Notes: generated by a model from the letters alone, not told the origin. A stretch of 64,000 nt of DNA from Woeseia sp. (GCA_040879925.1 JBBDJJ010000050.1:42221-106220), one strand, 5' to 3'. Positions 26,392 to 36,466 are shown, counted from the stretch's first letter. Numbers and translations: made by a program.

Positions 26392-27294
26392 TCTGCGGTG
26401 TCGTCAATACGAGGAATGCTACGCATGTCAAGCCAATTCACCTACTTGTCCATCCTGCGCATGACGGCGCTGGCGGCAATCGCGAGTGTCACCTTGCAGA
26501 CCGCCATGGCCGCTGAAACAGCGCTCGATTCGAGAACGTCTGCAGCTTTGGATGCTGCGCTTGCGGGCGACCATCGCAGCGATGCCAACAAGTCGCGCGA
26601 CCGGTATCGCAATCCCAGGGAAACTCTTGCATTTTTTGGCTTTCGCTCCGATATGACCGTAGTAGAAATCTGGCCGGGCGGGGGCTGGTACACGGAGATC
26701 CTGGCGCCGGCCCTGCAGGAGCGCGGCAAACTCTACGCGACACAATACAGCGTCAATCCGCCTTTCGCGTACCAGCGGCAGTATTTTGGGATATTTCTGA
26801 CCATGGCAGGTACGGCTCCCGACCGTTACCGGGACGTGGTTATCACCCATCTCAATTTTCCGGATCAACTCGAAGTAGCGCCAGCCGGCTCAGCAGACCT
26901 GGTGGTAACTTTTCGCAACGTACACAACTGGTTCGATCCAGGCTACGGACAGGATGCGGCGCGTTTGGGATTCAAGGCCATGTTCGACGCGCTGAAACCA
27001 GGTGGCACGCTCGGCATCGTGGATCATCGGTGGCCCGACGCCGAGACAGAAGACCCGTCTGCCGCGAATGGCTATATTTCTGAGGAACGCACAATCAAGT
27101 TTGCCGAGGCCGCGGGCTTTGAGTTCGCGGGGCGCTCTGAGATCAATCGAAATCCTCTCGATACCCACGACCATCCGGAAGGCGTGTGGTCTCTGCCGCC
27201 ATCGCTTTCGCTCGGCGACCAGGACCGGGATCGATATACGGCGATAGGCGAGTCAGATCGTTTCACGCTCAAGTTCACCAAGCCGGCCCGTTGA
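26389..27294 (+). CDS. signal-peptide-bearing class I SAM-dependent methyltransferase-like protein
   Basis: N-terminal signal peptide (LRMTALAAIASVTLQTAMA) then VVEIWPGGGWYTEILAP (a GxGxG-type SAM motif). The likely start is ATG at 26416 or 26425. Confidence 0.65.
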   Translation: MSAVSSIRGMLRMSSQFTYLSILRMTALAAIASVTLQTAMAAETALDSRTSAALDAALAGDHRSDANKSRDRYRNPRETLAFFGFRSDMTVVEIWPGGGWYTEILAPALQERGKLYATQYSVNPPFAYQRQYFGIFLTMAGTAPDRYRDVVITHLNFPDQLEVAPAGSADLVVTFRNVHNWFDPGYGQDAARLGFKAMFDALKPGGTLGIVDHRWPDAETEDPSAANGYISEERTIKFAEAAGFEFAGRSEINRNPLDTHDHPEGVWSLPPSLSLGDQDRDRYTAIGESDRFTLKFTKPAR

Positions 27295-27344
27295 GTCTTG
27301 CCCGACAACTGTCCCGCGGCGCTGCTTCCAGCGTCGGATTCCAG

Positions 27345-27935
27345 GTGAAGTCCGGCAAGCTGCTCCTGGCCGCACTCCTGATCGTCATGGCTGCATGTGC
27401 CAGCCGCGAGGTTTTACTGCCCAGGAGTCCGGAGGCGCCGGCAGGCGTCGACCTGACTGGTAACTGGAAACTGCGCAACGATCCGGCAGCGGATCAGCGC
27501 CTGATCAACAGCGCCATTCGGCGTACCGACGATGTCGACGACAGGATCGTGCTGCGTCCTTTAGAGCAGCAATCGCGCGGTGCCAGGGGGTCATCGAATA
27601 GGGGAGGGCTCGTCTACGTTTACCTGCAGAACGGCGAGAATCTCAAGATTACCCAAACCGATGCCGGACTTTTTATCAGCTTCGACCGTGCCGTGGTCGT
27701 GGAATACCGTTTTGGCGAAAACCGTGAGGTCCGCATCGGGCCCGTGATTGCAGATCGGGTATCTGGCTGGGACAATCAGTCCTACGTTGCGGAAACGCTC
27801 GACCAGAATAATATGAAACTGACCGAGCGATTTGTTCTTGCAGAAAAGGGACGGGTATTGCGCAGGACGATCACTTTGCGCGGCAAGAACATGGACGAAG
27901 CTACGATCTTTCAGACATTCGATCGCGTTGACTGA
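27345..27935 (+). CDS. hypothetical lipoprotein
   Basis: GTG start within track ORF 27186..27935. Lipobox-like LLIVMAAC. No recognisable domain. Confidence 0.45.
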   Translation: MKSGKLLLAALLIVMAACASREVLLPRSPEAPAGVDLTGNWKLRNDPAADQRLINSAIRRTDDVDDRIVLRPLEQQSRGARGSSNRGGLVYVYLQNGENLKITQTDAGLFISFDRAVVVEYRFGENREVRIGPVIADRVSGWDNQSYVAETLDQNNMKLTERFVLAEKGRVLRRTITLRGKNMDEATIFQTFDRVD

Positions 27936-27949
27936 TTGACGAAGGCTTG

Positions 27950-28714
27950 TCAACTGCCGGGGAGTGTCTTTGCCGGTTCGCTTACCTGGTAATCGGTCAG
28001 CACGGCGCGCACCCGGAGTTTCCCGCCGCGATGCTGTTCGATCACCACAGGCAGAAATCCCAGCTCGTTCGCGCACCATAGTGTCGTAATTCGCGAGGAG
28101 TTTTCCTTATTGTGCTGAATCCCTGTCGCCTGAAATGTGCCGAAAGGCGTTTTCACCTGGCGCTCGCCGATGTTCTTGACCTGCAGTATTTTTAGCTCAT
28201 CGCCGTCCAACATTGAATAACGCGAGCTCGTTTGACCTTGCAGCAGATCGAGCATCAGTTCGTACTGAATAGACACCCGGTCGTGCACGCGTCCTTCAAG
28301 TTCCCACTGAAATTCAACGTCGTTCACGCTGCCATTGACGGTATTCTCTCGCCAGTCAAAGTCGAAATTTACTGTCTGCTTATCGGATGAAAGCGTATCT
28401 ATAGACCGATATTGCGTGGGCTGAACACCATCAACGTCCGTCAGGAAGTAGGAGCTTTCCTGTATGGCACCGCGGGCAACAATTCGCGACATTCCTGTAG
28501 GTTCGATAACAGAGTTAGCCATGAATCCAGGGCCTGCCGCGGTGACTTCAGATGTCAGGGTTCCCCCGAGCACTGAAATTTTGACGTCGTATTGGGCTTT
28601 GTGTGGCGTCAGAGAAGGCGCATCGGCGACCGGGCCCGCAGCAACCACTGAGCTGAAACAAATCATATACAGCCCCCGGATAGCAATTCGCAAAGTTTTT
28701 AGCACGGGATTCAC
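27950..28714 (-). CDS. exported protein, DUF3108-like
   Basis: Signal peptide and beta-rich sequence. The family assignment is from memory of similar proteins and is tentative. Confidence 0.45.
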   Translation of the reverse strand: MNPVLKTLRIAIRGLYMICFSSVVAAGPVADAPSLTPHKAQYDVKISVLGGTLTSEVTAAGPGFMANSVIEPTGMSRIVARGAIQESSYFLTDVDGVQPTQYRSIDTLSSDKQTVNFDFDWRENTVNGSVNDVEFQWELEGRVHDRVSIQYELMLDLLQGQTSSRYSMLDGDELKILQVKNIGERQVKTPFGTFQATGIQHNKENSSRITTLWCANELGFLPVVIEQHRGGKLRVRAVLTDYQVSEPAKTLPGS

Positions 28715-28741
28715 ATGCTCCTCATTGGTTCGAAATCCGGC

Positions 28742-29491
28742 TCATCGGGAGCCCAGCATGCGGCTGGACTCTTCCATAAGCGAGTTAATTGCCTCCTGCA
28801 TGCGGCCTCGAAACTCTTCGATGCGATCGAGTGGCGTATCCTGTGGAACGATAATGGGTTCTCCAATAGCCAACACGACCCGGCTGAACGGTTTCGGGAT
28901 CATAAAATTATCCCAGCGCCTGAGATACCAGGCGTTTTCCGCAGCACATGCAAGTGGCACCAGCGGCACATTGGCGATGCGCGCCATCAGAATCGCACCG
29001 GCCTTGAATTCGTACTTCGGCCCGTTTGGCCCATCGGCCGTCGTGACGATTGAGGTGCCGCGTCGTAAAACGTCGCGCATATCGCGCAGAACCAGCGCAC
29101 CGGTCTGGTTGGCCGAACCGCGGATGACCTCTGCGCCCCAGGCGCGCGCGATGCGTCCGGGCACTTCCCCGTCGACCGAGGCGGACACCAGGAAACAGGC
29201 GCGGAAACCCCTGCGAATCCATTCGCGAATCATGTTTGTGCACAACACGTGGTGCTGATGCCAATAGCAAGGTGCGCTGACAGCACCCTCGGCAACGATA
29301 CGCTTGCCGATATCCTCGCCGATCACCTTTTCGATACGATAGCTCCACCACAACAGGCGAACGGCACCGCGCAAAACCGGCAGACCAAAAAAATAGTACA
29401 TGCGGCGAGGCAGGGACATGCGACGCGACGAAGCCGAGCTGCGCCGCGACTCGACATCGTTATAGTCGACTTTTACACTTCGATCGGACAT
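28742..29491 (-). CDS. DUF374 / lysophospholipid acyltransferase-like protein
   Basis: IRGSANQTGALVLRDM...GTSIVTTADGPNGPKYEFKAGAILMARIANVPLVP matches the DUF374 core. Start uncertain: the track ORF extends to 29638, and I prefer ATG at 29491. Confidence 0.6.
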   Translation of the reverse strand: MSDRSVKVDYNDVESRRSSASSRRMSLPRRMYYFFGLPVLRGAVRLLWWSYRIEKVIGEDIGKRIVAEGAVSAPCYWHQHHVLCTNMIREWIRRGFRACFLVSASVDGEVPGRIARAWGAEVIRGSANQTGALVLRDMRDVLRRGTSIVTTADGPNGPKYEFKAGAILMARIANVPLVPLACAAENAWYLRRWDNFMIPKPFSRVVLAIGEPIIVPQDTPLDRIEEFRGRMQEAINSLMEESSRMLGSR

Positions 29492-29708
29492 TTTCGGCGT
29501 TGGCCTTTCAGCGGAGCAGGCACCGGCAGTCTGCAATCGCCATTCCCGATTCTCCCACATTGCCGGTTCAGGTATGAACAATGGATGAACAGCAGCAGTG
29601 TGCAGTATGGATTGCACAACGGTCAATGAAACCAACACGCGTTTCCCCTTGCGGCCGCTGCCATCCAGCGCGCCACGCAGGCACGTTCAAGCCAGGCGCG
29701 CGTAAGCA

Positions 29709-31025
29709 GTGAGTACCAGTCAGGCAAGACACCGGCGTCCCCCCGGGCCGGCTATGCCGGTATCACTGGGGGTTGATCCGGCCACCCTGGATATTCTGCA
29801 GTCGGCCTGCAGCGATTTCGGCAACATCGTCGCTTTCACCAGGCCGAATGGACGGCTGGCCTATTTCATCAACGATCCGCTCGAAATTCGCCGGATGTTA
29901 GTGAGGCAACATTCCAATTACATCAAGGGTCCGGGATTCGAGCGTGTCAAGATGCTGCTTGGCAATGGCCTGATCGTCAGCGACGGCGATGTCTGGCGGC
30001 GATCACGAACCATGATCCAGCCGGCCTTCAGCCGCGCCAACGTGCATCAGCTTGTCAACCTGATGGTGCGATGCTGCGAAAAACGCAATAAGCGCTGGAC
30101 CTCGGCGGCCGAGGCAGGCGAGGTTCTCAACATCACACAGGAAACCAGCGATTTCGCCCTCGAATTGATACTTCGTTCGATCTTTGGCGCCGATTACGAT
30201 CGCTTCGTCCTTGCCGATGGAATCAATCCGTTCGCGTTCCTCAGTGACGATTCGGCCCGCGACTTGCGAGTTGTCCTGAAAGTACGGGAGTTACGCAGGC
30301 TGGTGCTCGGGGTAATCAGCGAGCGCCGCCGCGATACTTCGGAACACAGCTACGATTTTCTTGGTGCCTACGTCAATGCGCGTGATAAATCCGGCAATGC
30401 CTTCGATGACGATGAACTGTTGGACGAGCTCATGACGTTGATCATTGCCGGCTACGAAACCTCGGCAGGTACGCTCAACTGGGCATGGTTTTTACTCGCG
30501 CGCAATCCGCAGCTGCATACGGCCCTGGTCGTCGAAGCACGAACGCACATACCGGACGCGAAAGCGGTCGATAGTGAAAGCATCGCGGGCATGCGTTACG
30601 CACAGGCTTTTCTGGAGGAAACGTTACGTCTCTATCCGCCAGTTTGGATTTTTTCGCGACGTGCTATCGCGGATGACCAGCTGAAAGACTACGATTTGCC
30701 GGCCGGCACAGATATTTACTTGTCGCCTTACGTACTGCATCGATCAGAATGTTTCTGGCCGCAACCGCTCACTGTCGATCCAGAACGTTTTGTCACCGAA
30801 CCCGGAGCCGCAAAAGGCGAGCCGGCATACTTTCCATTTTCCCTTGGCCCCAGGCGCTGCCTTGGCGAGTACTTTTCATTTCTGGAGATGAAGATTCACC
30901 TGGGCATCCTGGCGCAGAAATTCACCATGCAACCGGTTGGCGATGCCGACCCGTTGCTGGACCTTGGCATCAATTTAAGGTCACAATCAGACATATTTCT
31001 ACGTCCCGGCCTTCGCATCCCCTGA
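29709..31025 (+). CDS. cytochrome P450 (eukaryote-like / fatty-acid hydroxylase-type signatures)
   Basis: PPGP hinge, I-helix AGYETSAGT, EETLRLYPP (ExxR), and heme ligand loop FSLGPRRCLG. Confidence 0.9.
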   Translation: MSTSQARHRRPPGPAMPVSLGVDPATLDILQSACSDFGNIVAFTRPNGRLAYFINDPLEIRRMLVRQHSNYIKGPGFERVKMLLGNGLIVSDGDVWRRSRTMIQPAFSRANVHQLVNLMVRCCEKRNKRWTSAAEAGEVLNITQETSDFALELILRSIFGADYDRFVLADGINPFAFLSDDSARDLRVVLKVRELRRLVLGVISERRRDTSEHSYDFLGAYVNARDKSGNAFDDDELLDELMTLIIAGYETSAGTLNWAWFLLARNPQLHTALVVEARTHIPDAKAVDSESIAGMRYAQAFLEETLRLYPPVWIFSRRAIADDQLKDYDLPAGTDIYLSPYVLHRSECFWPQPLTVDPERFVTEPGAAKGEPAYFPFSLGPRRCLGEYFSFLEMKIHLGILAQKFTMQPVGDADPLLDLGINLRSQSDIFLRPGLRIP

Positions 31026-31026
31026 C

Positions 31027-32994
31027 ATGAAGCTTTACGACAGCCTGCCTGCCATGTTGCACGATGCGCGTGGCAAAGATCGTGCAATTCGTTTCATCGA
31101 TGGTGACAAGGATGAATCCGTCGTTACGTTCGACGAACTGTGGAGCCGTGCGCTGCGTTTGCTGGGCACCCTGCAAAGACGGGGCATGAAGTCGCGCCAC
31201 GAACTGGTCATTTTCACACAATCGAATGAATCTTTCGTCGTAGCCTTCTGGGCAGCACTTCTGGGTGGCATCGTACCGGTGCCGGTTGCAGTGGGCATCA
31301 GCGATGAGCATCGTCTCAAGCTCTTTCGCATCCTGCGGCAAATGGATCAGGGTACCTTGTATACTCAGGCAGATTTGCTGGATCGCCTGTGCGAGTTTGC
31401 GAAGGCACGTGACCTGCCGGAGCTACTCGAGTCGCAGTTGCAGCGAGCCATCCTGAGCGACACTGGCGACACCGGCGAGGACGGCGATGGCGGCCATCTG
31501 CATTCTGTTGCTGCCGACGACGATGCCTTTATCCAGTTTTCTTCCGGGTCGACCAGTGAACCAAAGGGCGTGCGCCTGACGCACCGCAACCTGGCTACGA
31601 ACATTCGCGCCATTGTCGAGGGCATTGGCTGGAATGAAACGGACATCAGCCTGAGCTGGATGCCGTTGACGCACGACATGGGCCTGATCGGCTATCACCT
31701 GTGCGCTCTCGCCGCGGGTATGAATCATGCAGTAATGGACACGAGCCTGTTCGTGCGCAGGCCCTTGTTATGGATAAGTAAAGCCAGTGAGCTGCGTGCA
31801 ACACAGCTGTGCTCGCCGAACTTCGGCTACAAGCACTTCCTGAAGTTGTTCAATCGCAAGGGTTTGCAGGACCTGGACCTTGGCGCGGTGCGCCTGGTCC
31901 TGAACGGAGCCGAACCGATTTCCTTCGAACTTTGCGAGCAGTTTCTCGACGCACTGGCACCGTTCGGGTTGGCACACAGTGCCATGCTGCCGGTCTACGG
32001 GCTTGCTGAAGCCACACTTGCCGTCGCTTTTCCGGAGACTGGCCGGGATTTTGAACGGATCGTTGTTCACCGCCACAGCTTGCGTGTCGGGTCGCCCTTC
32101 GAGCCGGCACGAAACGGCGATATCGACGCTGTCAGCTTCGTGAAAGTCGGAAAAGCCGTTCGCGACTGCGAGATTCGCCTGACCGATGAACTTGACCGGC
32201 CTGTCGACAGCGGCATCGTAGGTCATATTCAGATTCGTGGCGACAACGTTACGCGCGGCCTGTACCGAAATACCGAGGCTGAAACTGAACTGTTCGCAAA
32301 CGATGGATGGCTGCGCACCGGCGATTGCGGCATCTTGGTCGATGGCGAACTCGTGATAACTGGCCGGTCAAAGGACATTATCATTGTCAACGGGCAGAAT
32401 TATTATCCGCATGACCTCGAGAGCATTATTGCGCAAATCGATGGTCTCGATCTGGGCAAAGTTGTAGTCTGCGGTGTCAATGACGAGCGTCAGCAAGGTG
32501 AACAGCTACTCGTGTTCGTTTTGCATCGTGGCGAGCTGGCGGACGTTCATGAACTTGCGCAATCAATTGTAGCGACGGTTGCCACACGGACTACGTTGCA
32601 AGTAGATCAGGTCATACCGGTCAGCCGCGTCCCCAAAACGACCAGCGGTAAAGTACAGCGCGGACAGCTGGCCAGCGCGTATCTGGATGGAGAATTTGAC
32701 CAGGTTGTTGCACAACTGGCCGCGTTGAGCCGCCAAATCCCTGCCGATACTGGAGAAAACGATCTGGTCAGGGAGCTGGAGGGGATTTGCAGGGAGTTTT
32801 CGAGGGATCGGCCAATTGGGCCGGACGACAACCTGTTCGAAGTCGGTGTCAGTTCATTGACCTTGACTGAAATCGTCCTGGCCATTGACGAAAAATATCC
32901 CGGGAAAGTCGATATCAGCGATCTGTTCGACTATCCGACAATCCGCGAACTTGCTACGTTCCTGCAACTCTCACCACAAACCGAAACAGCCTAG
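31027..32994 (+). CDS. fatty acyl-AMP ligase (FAAL) fused to an acyl carrier (PP-binding) domain
   Basis: FSSGSTSEPKGV, WMPLTHDMGLIG (FAAL hallmark), GDCG...GRSKD, and C-terminal carrier motif GVSSLTLTE. Confidence 0.85.
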   Translation: MKLYDSLPAMLHDARGKDRAIRFIDGDKDESVVTFDELWSRALRLLGTLQRRGMKSRHELVIFTQSNESFVVAFWAALLGGIVPVPVAVGISDEHRLKLFRILRQMDQGTLYTQADLLDRLCEFAKARDLPELLESQLQRAILSDTGDTGEDGDGGHLHSVAADDDAFIQFSSGSTSEPKGVRLTHRNLATNIRAIVEGIGWNETDISLSWMPLTHDMGLIGYHLCALAAGMNHAVMDTSLFVRRPLLWISKASELRATQLCSPNFGYKHFLKLFNRKGLQDLDLGAVRLVLNGAEPISFELCEQFLDALAPFGLAHSAMLPVYGLAEATLAVAFPETGRDFERIVVHRHSLRVGSPFEPARNGDIDAVSFVKVGKAVRDCEIRLTDELDRPVDSGIVGHIQIRGDNVTRGLYRNTEAETELFANDGWLRTGDCGILVDGELVITGRSKDIIIVNGQNYYPHDLESIIAQIDGLDLGKVVVCGVNDERQQGEQLLVFVLHRGELADVHELAQSIVATVATRTTLQVDQVIPVSRVPKTTSGKVQRGQLASAYLDGEFDQVVAQLAALSRQIPADTGENDLVRELEGICREFSRDRPIGPDDNLFEVGVSSLTLTEIVLAIDEKYPGKVDISDLFDYPTIRELATFLQLSPQTETA

Positions 32995-33062
32995 GACTCT
33001 GACATGGTGATAATGATGGATGCAGCGCCTCTTACCGGTTTCGCCGCCAGGGACCCCATGCG

Positions 33063-34031
33063 ATGAAATACGCACAAATTGCCGGCACCGGCAGCTATTT
33101 GCCGGACCGGATCATGTCGAACGAGGACTTCGAGAAATTTGTCGATACCAGCGATGCGTGGATACAGGAGCGCACGGGTATCAAGCGCCGCCGAATTGCA
33201 GCCGACAACCAAAAAACTTCTGACCTTGCGCTGGCTGCCGCTCGCAGTACTTTACTGGCAGCCGATACGGATGCTGCCGAAGTAGATTTGCTCATAGTTG
33301 CCACGTCGACGCCGGACAAGGTGTTTCCGGCCACGGCATGCATCGTTCAGAAGCATCTCAATATAAAGAACTTTCCTGCGTTCGATGTTAATGCCGCATG
33401 TTCGGGCTTCATCTATGCATTGGATGTCGCGAATCGCTTCGTGCGGACCGGCGGTGCGCGTTGCGCTCTCGTCATCGGCGCGGAAATCTATTCCCGGATT
33501 CTCAACTGGAAAGATCGCACAACCTGCGTGCTTTTCGGTGACGGGGCAGGTGCAGTCCTGCTGCGCGCTGCAGATGAACCCGGCATAATTTCGACACACG
33601 CGCACGCCGATGGCGCCTTTGAAGAACTATTGCACGTACCGTCCGGCATTGCTTCGGGGTGCGACGCTGTGCGTACGGGCGGGGGCTGCATAGAAATGGA
33701 AGGACGTGAAGTTTTTCGCAAGGCAGTTGGTACACTCGACATAATTGCGACAGAAACGCTGGTTAACAATGGCATTGAGGCTGACGAAATCGACTGGCTG
33801 ATTCCGCATCAGGCCAACATGCGAATTATCGTGGCCACCGCCAGGAAGCTCAATCTCCCGATGGAGCGGGTTGTGGTTACCGTGGACGAACATGCCAACA
33901 CATCCAGTGCGTCTATTCCGCTCGCGCTGGACGTCGCCGTGCGGGACGGCCGCATTCAACGCGGCAACATGCTGTTGTTTGAGGCCTTCGGAGCCGGATT
34001 CACCTGGGGCTCCGCGCTGGTTCGTTACTGA
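33063..34031 (+). CDS. fabH: beta-ketoacyl-ACP synthase III
   Basis: AACSGFIYAL (Cys), IPHQAN (His), HANTSSASIPLAL (Asn), and C-terminal GAGFTWG. Confidence 0.9.
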   Translation: MKYAQIAGTGSYLPDRIMSNEDFEKFVDTSDAWIQERTGIKRRRIAADNQKTSDLALAAARSTLLAADTDAAEVDLLIVATSTPDKVFPATACIVQKHLNIKNFPAFDVNAACSGFIYALDVANRFVRTGGARCALVIGAEIYSRILNWKDRTTCVLFGDGAGAVLLRAADEPGIISTHAHADGAFEELLHVPSGIASGCDAVRTGGGCIEMEGREVFRKAVGTLDIIATETLVNNGIEADEIDWLIPHQANMRIIVATARKLNLPMERVVVTVDEHANTSSASIPLALDVAVRDGRIQRGNMLLFEAFGAGFTWGSALVRY

Positions 34032-34153
34032 AACTCACGCACAGCAATAGCCGCACCGCGGCCGCAAATCGGCGGTTTCCGGCGCGCAACGCTTGCCTGC
34101 GGCTTCGTGTGATAGCCTAGCGTCTTGGTTAGCTCTTTAGTGAACTGGGAGAA

Positions 34154-34393
34154 ATGATGAGCGACAACAGCCGTTACAAAGAGGCGCTAAGAGTGCCTTC
34201 GGAAGTTTATCGTCATCCCGGCGCCGTCGCGCGAGACAACGCCTTGAGCGACCGGCAAAAGCTTGAAGTTCTGGAGCATTGGGAAGCAGAAGCCGTCCAG
34301 TTACAGACATCCGAGTCCGAAGGATTGACGGGCGGCGAACGAAGCTTGCTGCCCGAGATCAAGCGGGCGATGCGCGAGATCCGGGAGAAATAA
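34154..34393 (+). CDS. hypothetical protein (79 aa)
   Basis: ORF track; GGGAG SD just upstream; no recognisable domain. Confidence 0.4.
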   Translation: MMSDNSRYKEALRVPSEVYRHPGAVARDNALSDRQKLEVLEHWEAEAVQLQTSESEGLTGGERSLLPEIKRAMREIREK

Positions 34394-34477
34394 CCGGCTC
34401 CCCCATGCGGGCCTGCCGCCTGGGCGGATCGCATTTCAATACGTACAGCCGAAGGATTTCTCCTGGCAGCGCCGGTT

Positions 34478-35365
34478 TCAGGTGCTCTGCTGCAGCGCGG
34501 CGATACGCTCCTGAATGGGTGGATGGCTCATGAAAAGTCGCTTGAGGCCCTGGCCGTCTCGGCCGGAGATGCCAAAGGCTTCCAGGCTTTCAGGCAATTG
34601 CGCAGGACCTCGCTGGTCCAGACGGGCCAGCGCATTGATCATGGGTTGTTTGCCGTTCAGCTTTGCAGACCCTGCATCTGCACGGAATTCCCGATGGCGC
34701 GATACCCACATGACAATCATGCTCGCCAGAACACCGAGCACCAACTGGGCCACGATTACCGAGAAGAAATAGCCGATACCGTAGCCCCGATCGTTCTTGA
34801 GCACGACACGGTCGATGATGTGCCCGATGATGCGTGACAGGAAAATGACGAACGTATTGACCACGCCCTGTACGAGCGCCAGTGTGACCATGTCGCCGTT
34901 TGCAACGTGCGCGATCTCGTGCGCCAGTACGGCCTCGACCTCATCTTTCTTCATGCCTCGCAGCAAACCCGTGCTGACTGCAACGAGAGCGCTGTTGCGT
35001 CGCGCGCCGGTAGCAAATGCGTTCATGTCCGGTGCGTCGTAAATGGCAATTTCCGGCATGTCGATGCCTGCCTGTTGAGAGAGCCGCTGCACGGTACCAA
35101 ATAGCCACGCCTCGGTATCGTTGGAGGGGCTCTCAATCACTTTCGCGCCGGTGGAGCGCTTGGCCATCCATTTGGATATCGCCAGCGAAATGAAGGACCC
35201 GCCGAAACCAATTACAACGGACAGGATCAGCAGCGCCTGGTAGTTGATGCCGGCGCCAGACTCGTCAAGGATCCGGTCGACGCCCAGCAGGCGCAGGACG
35301 ACACTCAATACCAGCAGGACGGCCAGGTTGGTGGCAATGAACAGCGCGACACGCTTGAACATCAA
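34478..35365 (-). CDS. htpX: membrane zinc metalloprotease HtpX
   Basis: [10 protein letters not shown] (HExxH), 4 TM, C-terminal SHPP. Confidence 0.9.
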   Translation of the reverse strand: MMFKRVALFIATNLAVLLVLSVVLRLLGVDRILDESGAGINYQALLILSVVIGFGGSFISLAISKWMAKRSTGAKVIESPSNDTEAWLFGTVQRLSQQAGIDMPEIAIYDAPDMNAFATGARRNSALVAVSTGLLRGMKKDEVEAVLAHEIAHVANGDMVTLALVQGVVNTFVIFLSRIIGHIIDRVVLKNDRGYGIGYFFSVIVAQLVLGVLASMIVMWVSRHREFRADAGSAKLNGKQPMINALARLDQRGPAQLPESLEAFGISGRDGQGLKRLFMSHPPIQERIAALQQST

Positions 35366-35569
35366 TTTACTCCGGTTGCACCAGCGTCAATGGCGTGGAT
35401 GTATGGCTCGTTCGGTAATTTTCAAGTCGCCGTTCGTTATGCCTTGCCTGCTTGCCGGGCGCGCCGTGCCCGCCTGGAATTGAGCGACAGCCCGGCCGTG
35501 TGATAAAACCCGCCTTATCGTGCACCTCGGCGGTATCCAGGCAATAGCAAGGCAACAGCAGGAAATCTG

Positions 35570-36457
35570 ATGCAGGACGGTACGCTCAAGCGCCTGTCGG
35601 CGTTCACCGATGTAGCAACGGGTGGCAATCCGGCAGGTGTGTGGATCGGCGATGAGCTTCCCCATCCGGAAACCATGCTGCGAATAGCAGGGGAGGTGGG
35701 CTATTCCGAGACGGTATTTCTCGCCCCCCGCACCGGACCGGATCGCCTGGCGCGTTATTACAGCCCGGAGGCTGAAGTGTCATTTTGTGGCCACGCGACG
35801 ATTGCCGCCGGCATCGTTTTAGGCCGCGGCAGCGGCGAAGGAACCTATCGATTGTCGACAGCGGTGGGCGAGGTGCCGGTCAGCGTTTCCCGCCACGGCG
35901 AAACACTGCAGGCATCGCTACGCTCGGTCGCTCCGAAACATGAGGCGGTCCCTGCACAATTGCTGGACAGCGCGCTCGCAACACTGGGCTGGCTGTCGAG
36001 TGAACTTGACGCTTCGATTCCGCCTGCAAAGGCCTACGCGGGTGCCTGGCACCTGGTACTGGCCACAGCAAACAAGGCGCGCCTTAATGATCTCGAATAT
36101 GACTTTCAGGCGCTCAAGACACTGATGCTGAGGGAAAACCTGACTACGCTGCAGTTGGTCTGGCGCGAGCGTGTCGATTTGTTTCATGCTCGAAATCCAT
36201 TCCCGGTAGGGGGCGTCGTTGAAGACCCGGCAACCGGCGCCGCCGCCGCCGCGTTGGGTGGGTATCTGCGCGACGCCGGGCTCGTTGACACGCCGTTCCG
36301 ATTTGTGATCCGGCAGGGAGAAGCAATGGGCCGGCCGAGCGTGCTCGAGGTGGATGTGCCCGAACGCGGCGGGATCCTCGTTACCGGCTCGGCTGTCGAC
36401 ATCAATGCGCGGGAGGTTGTCGATTCCGGGGAACGCCAGGCGACAGTTAAACAGTAA
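35570..36457 (+). CDS. PhzF-family isomerase
   Basis: FTDVATGGNPAGV, SETVF and FCGHAT motifs. Confidence 0.8.
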   Translation: MQDGTLKRLSAFTDVATGGNPAGVWIGDELPHPETMLRIAGEVGYSETVFLAPRTGPDRLARYYSPEAEVSFCGHATIAAGIVLGRGSGEGTYRLSTAVGEVPVSVSRHGETLQASLRSVAPKHEAVPAQLLDSALATLGWLSSELDASIPPAKAYAGAWHLVLATANKARLNDLEYDFQALKTLMLRENLTTLQLVWRERVDLFHARNPFPVGGVVEDPATGAAAAALGGYLRDAGLVDTPFRFVIRQGEAMGRPSVLEVDVPERGGILVTGSAVDINAREVVDSGERQATVKQ

Positions 36458-36466
36458 TCGCCGTAT

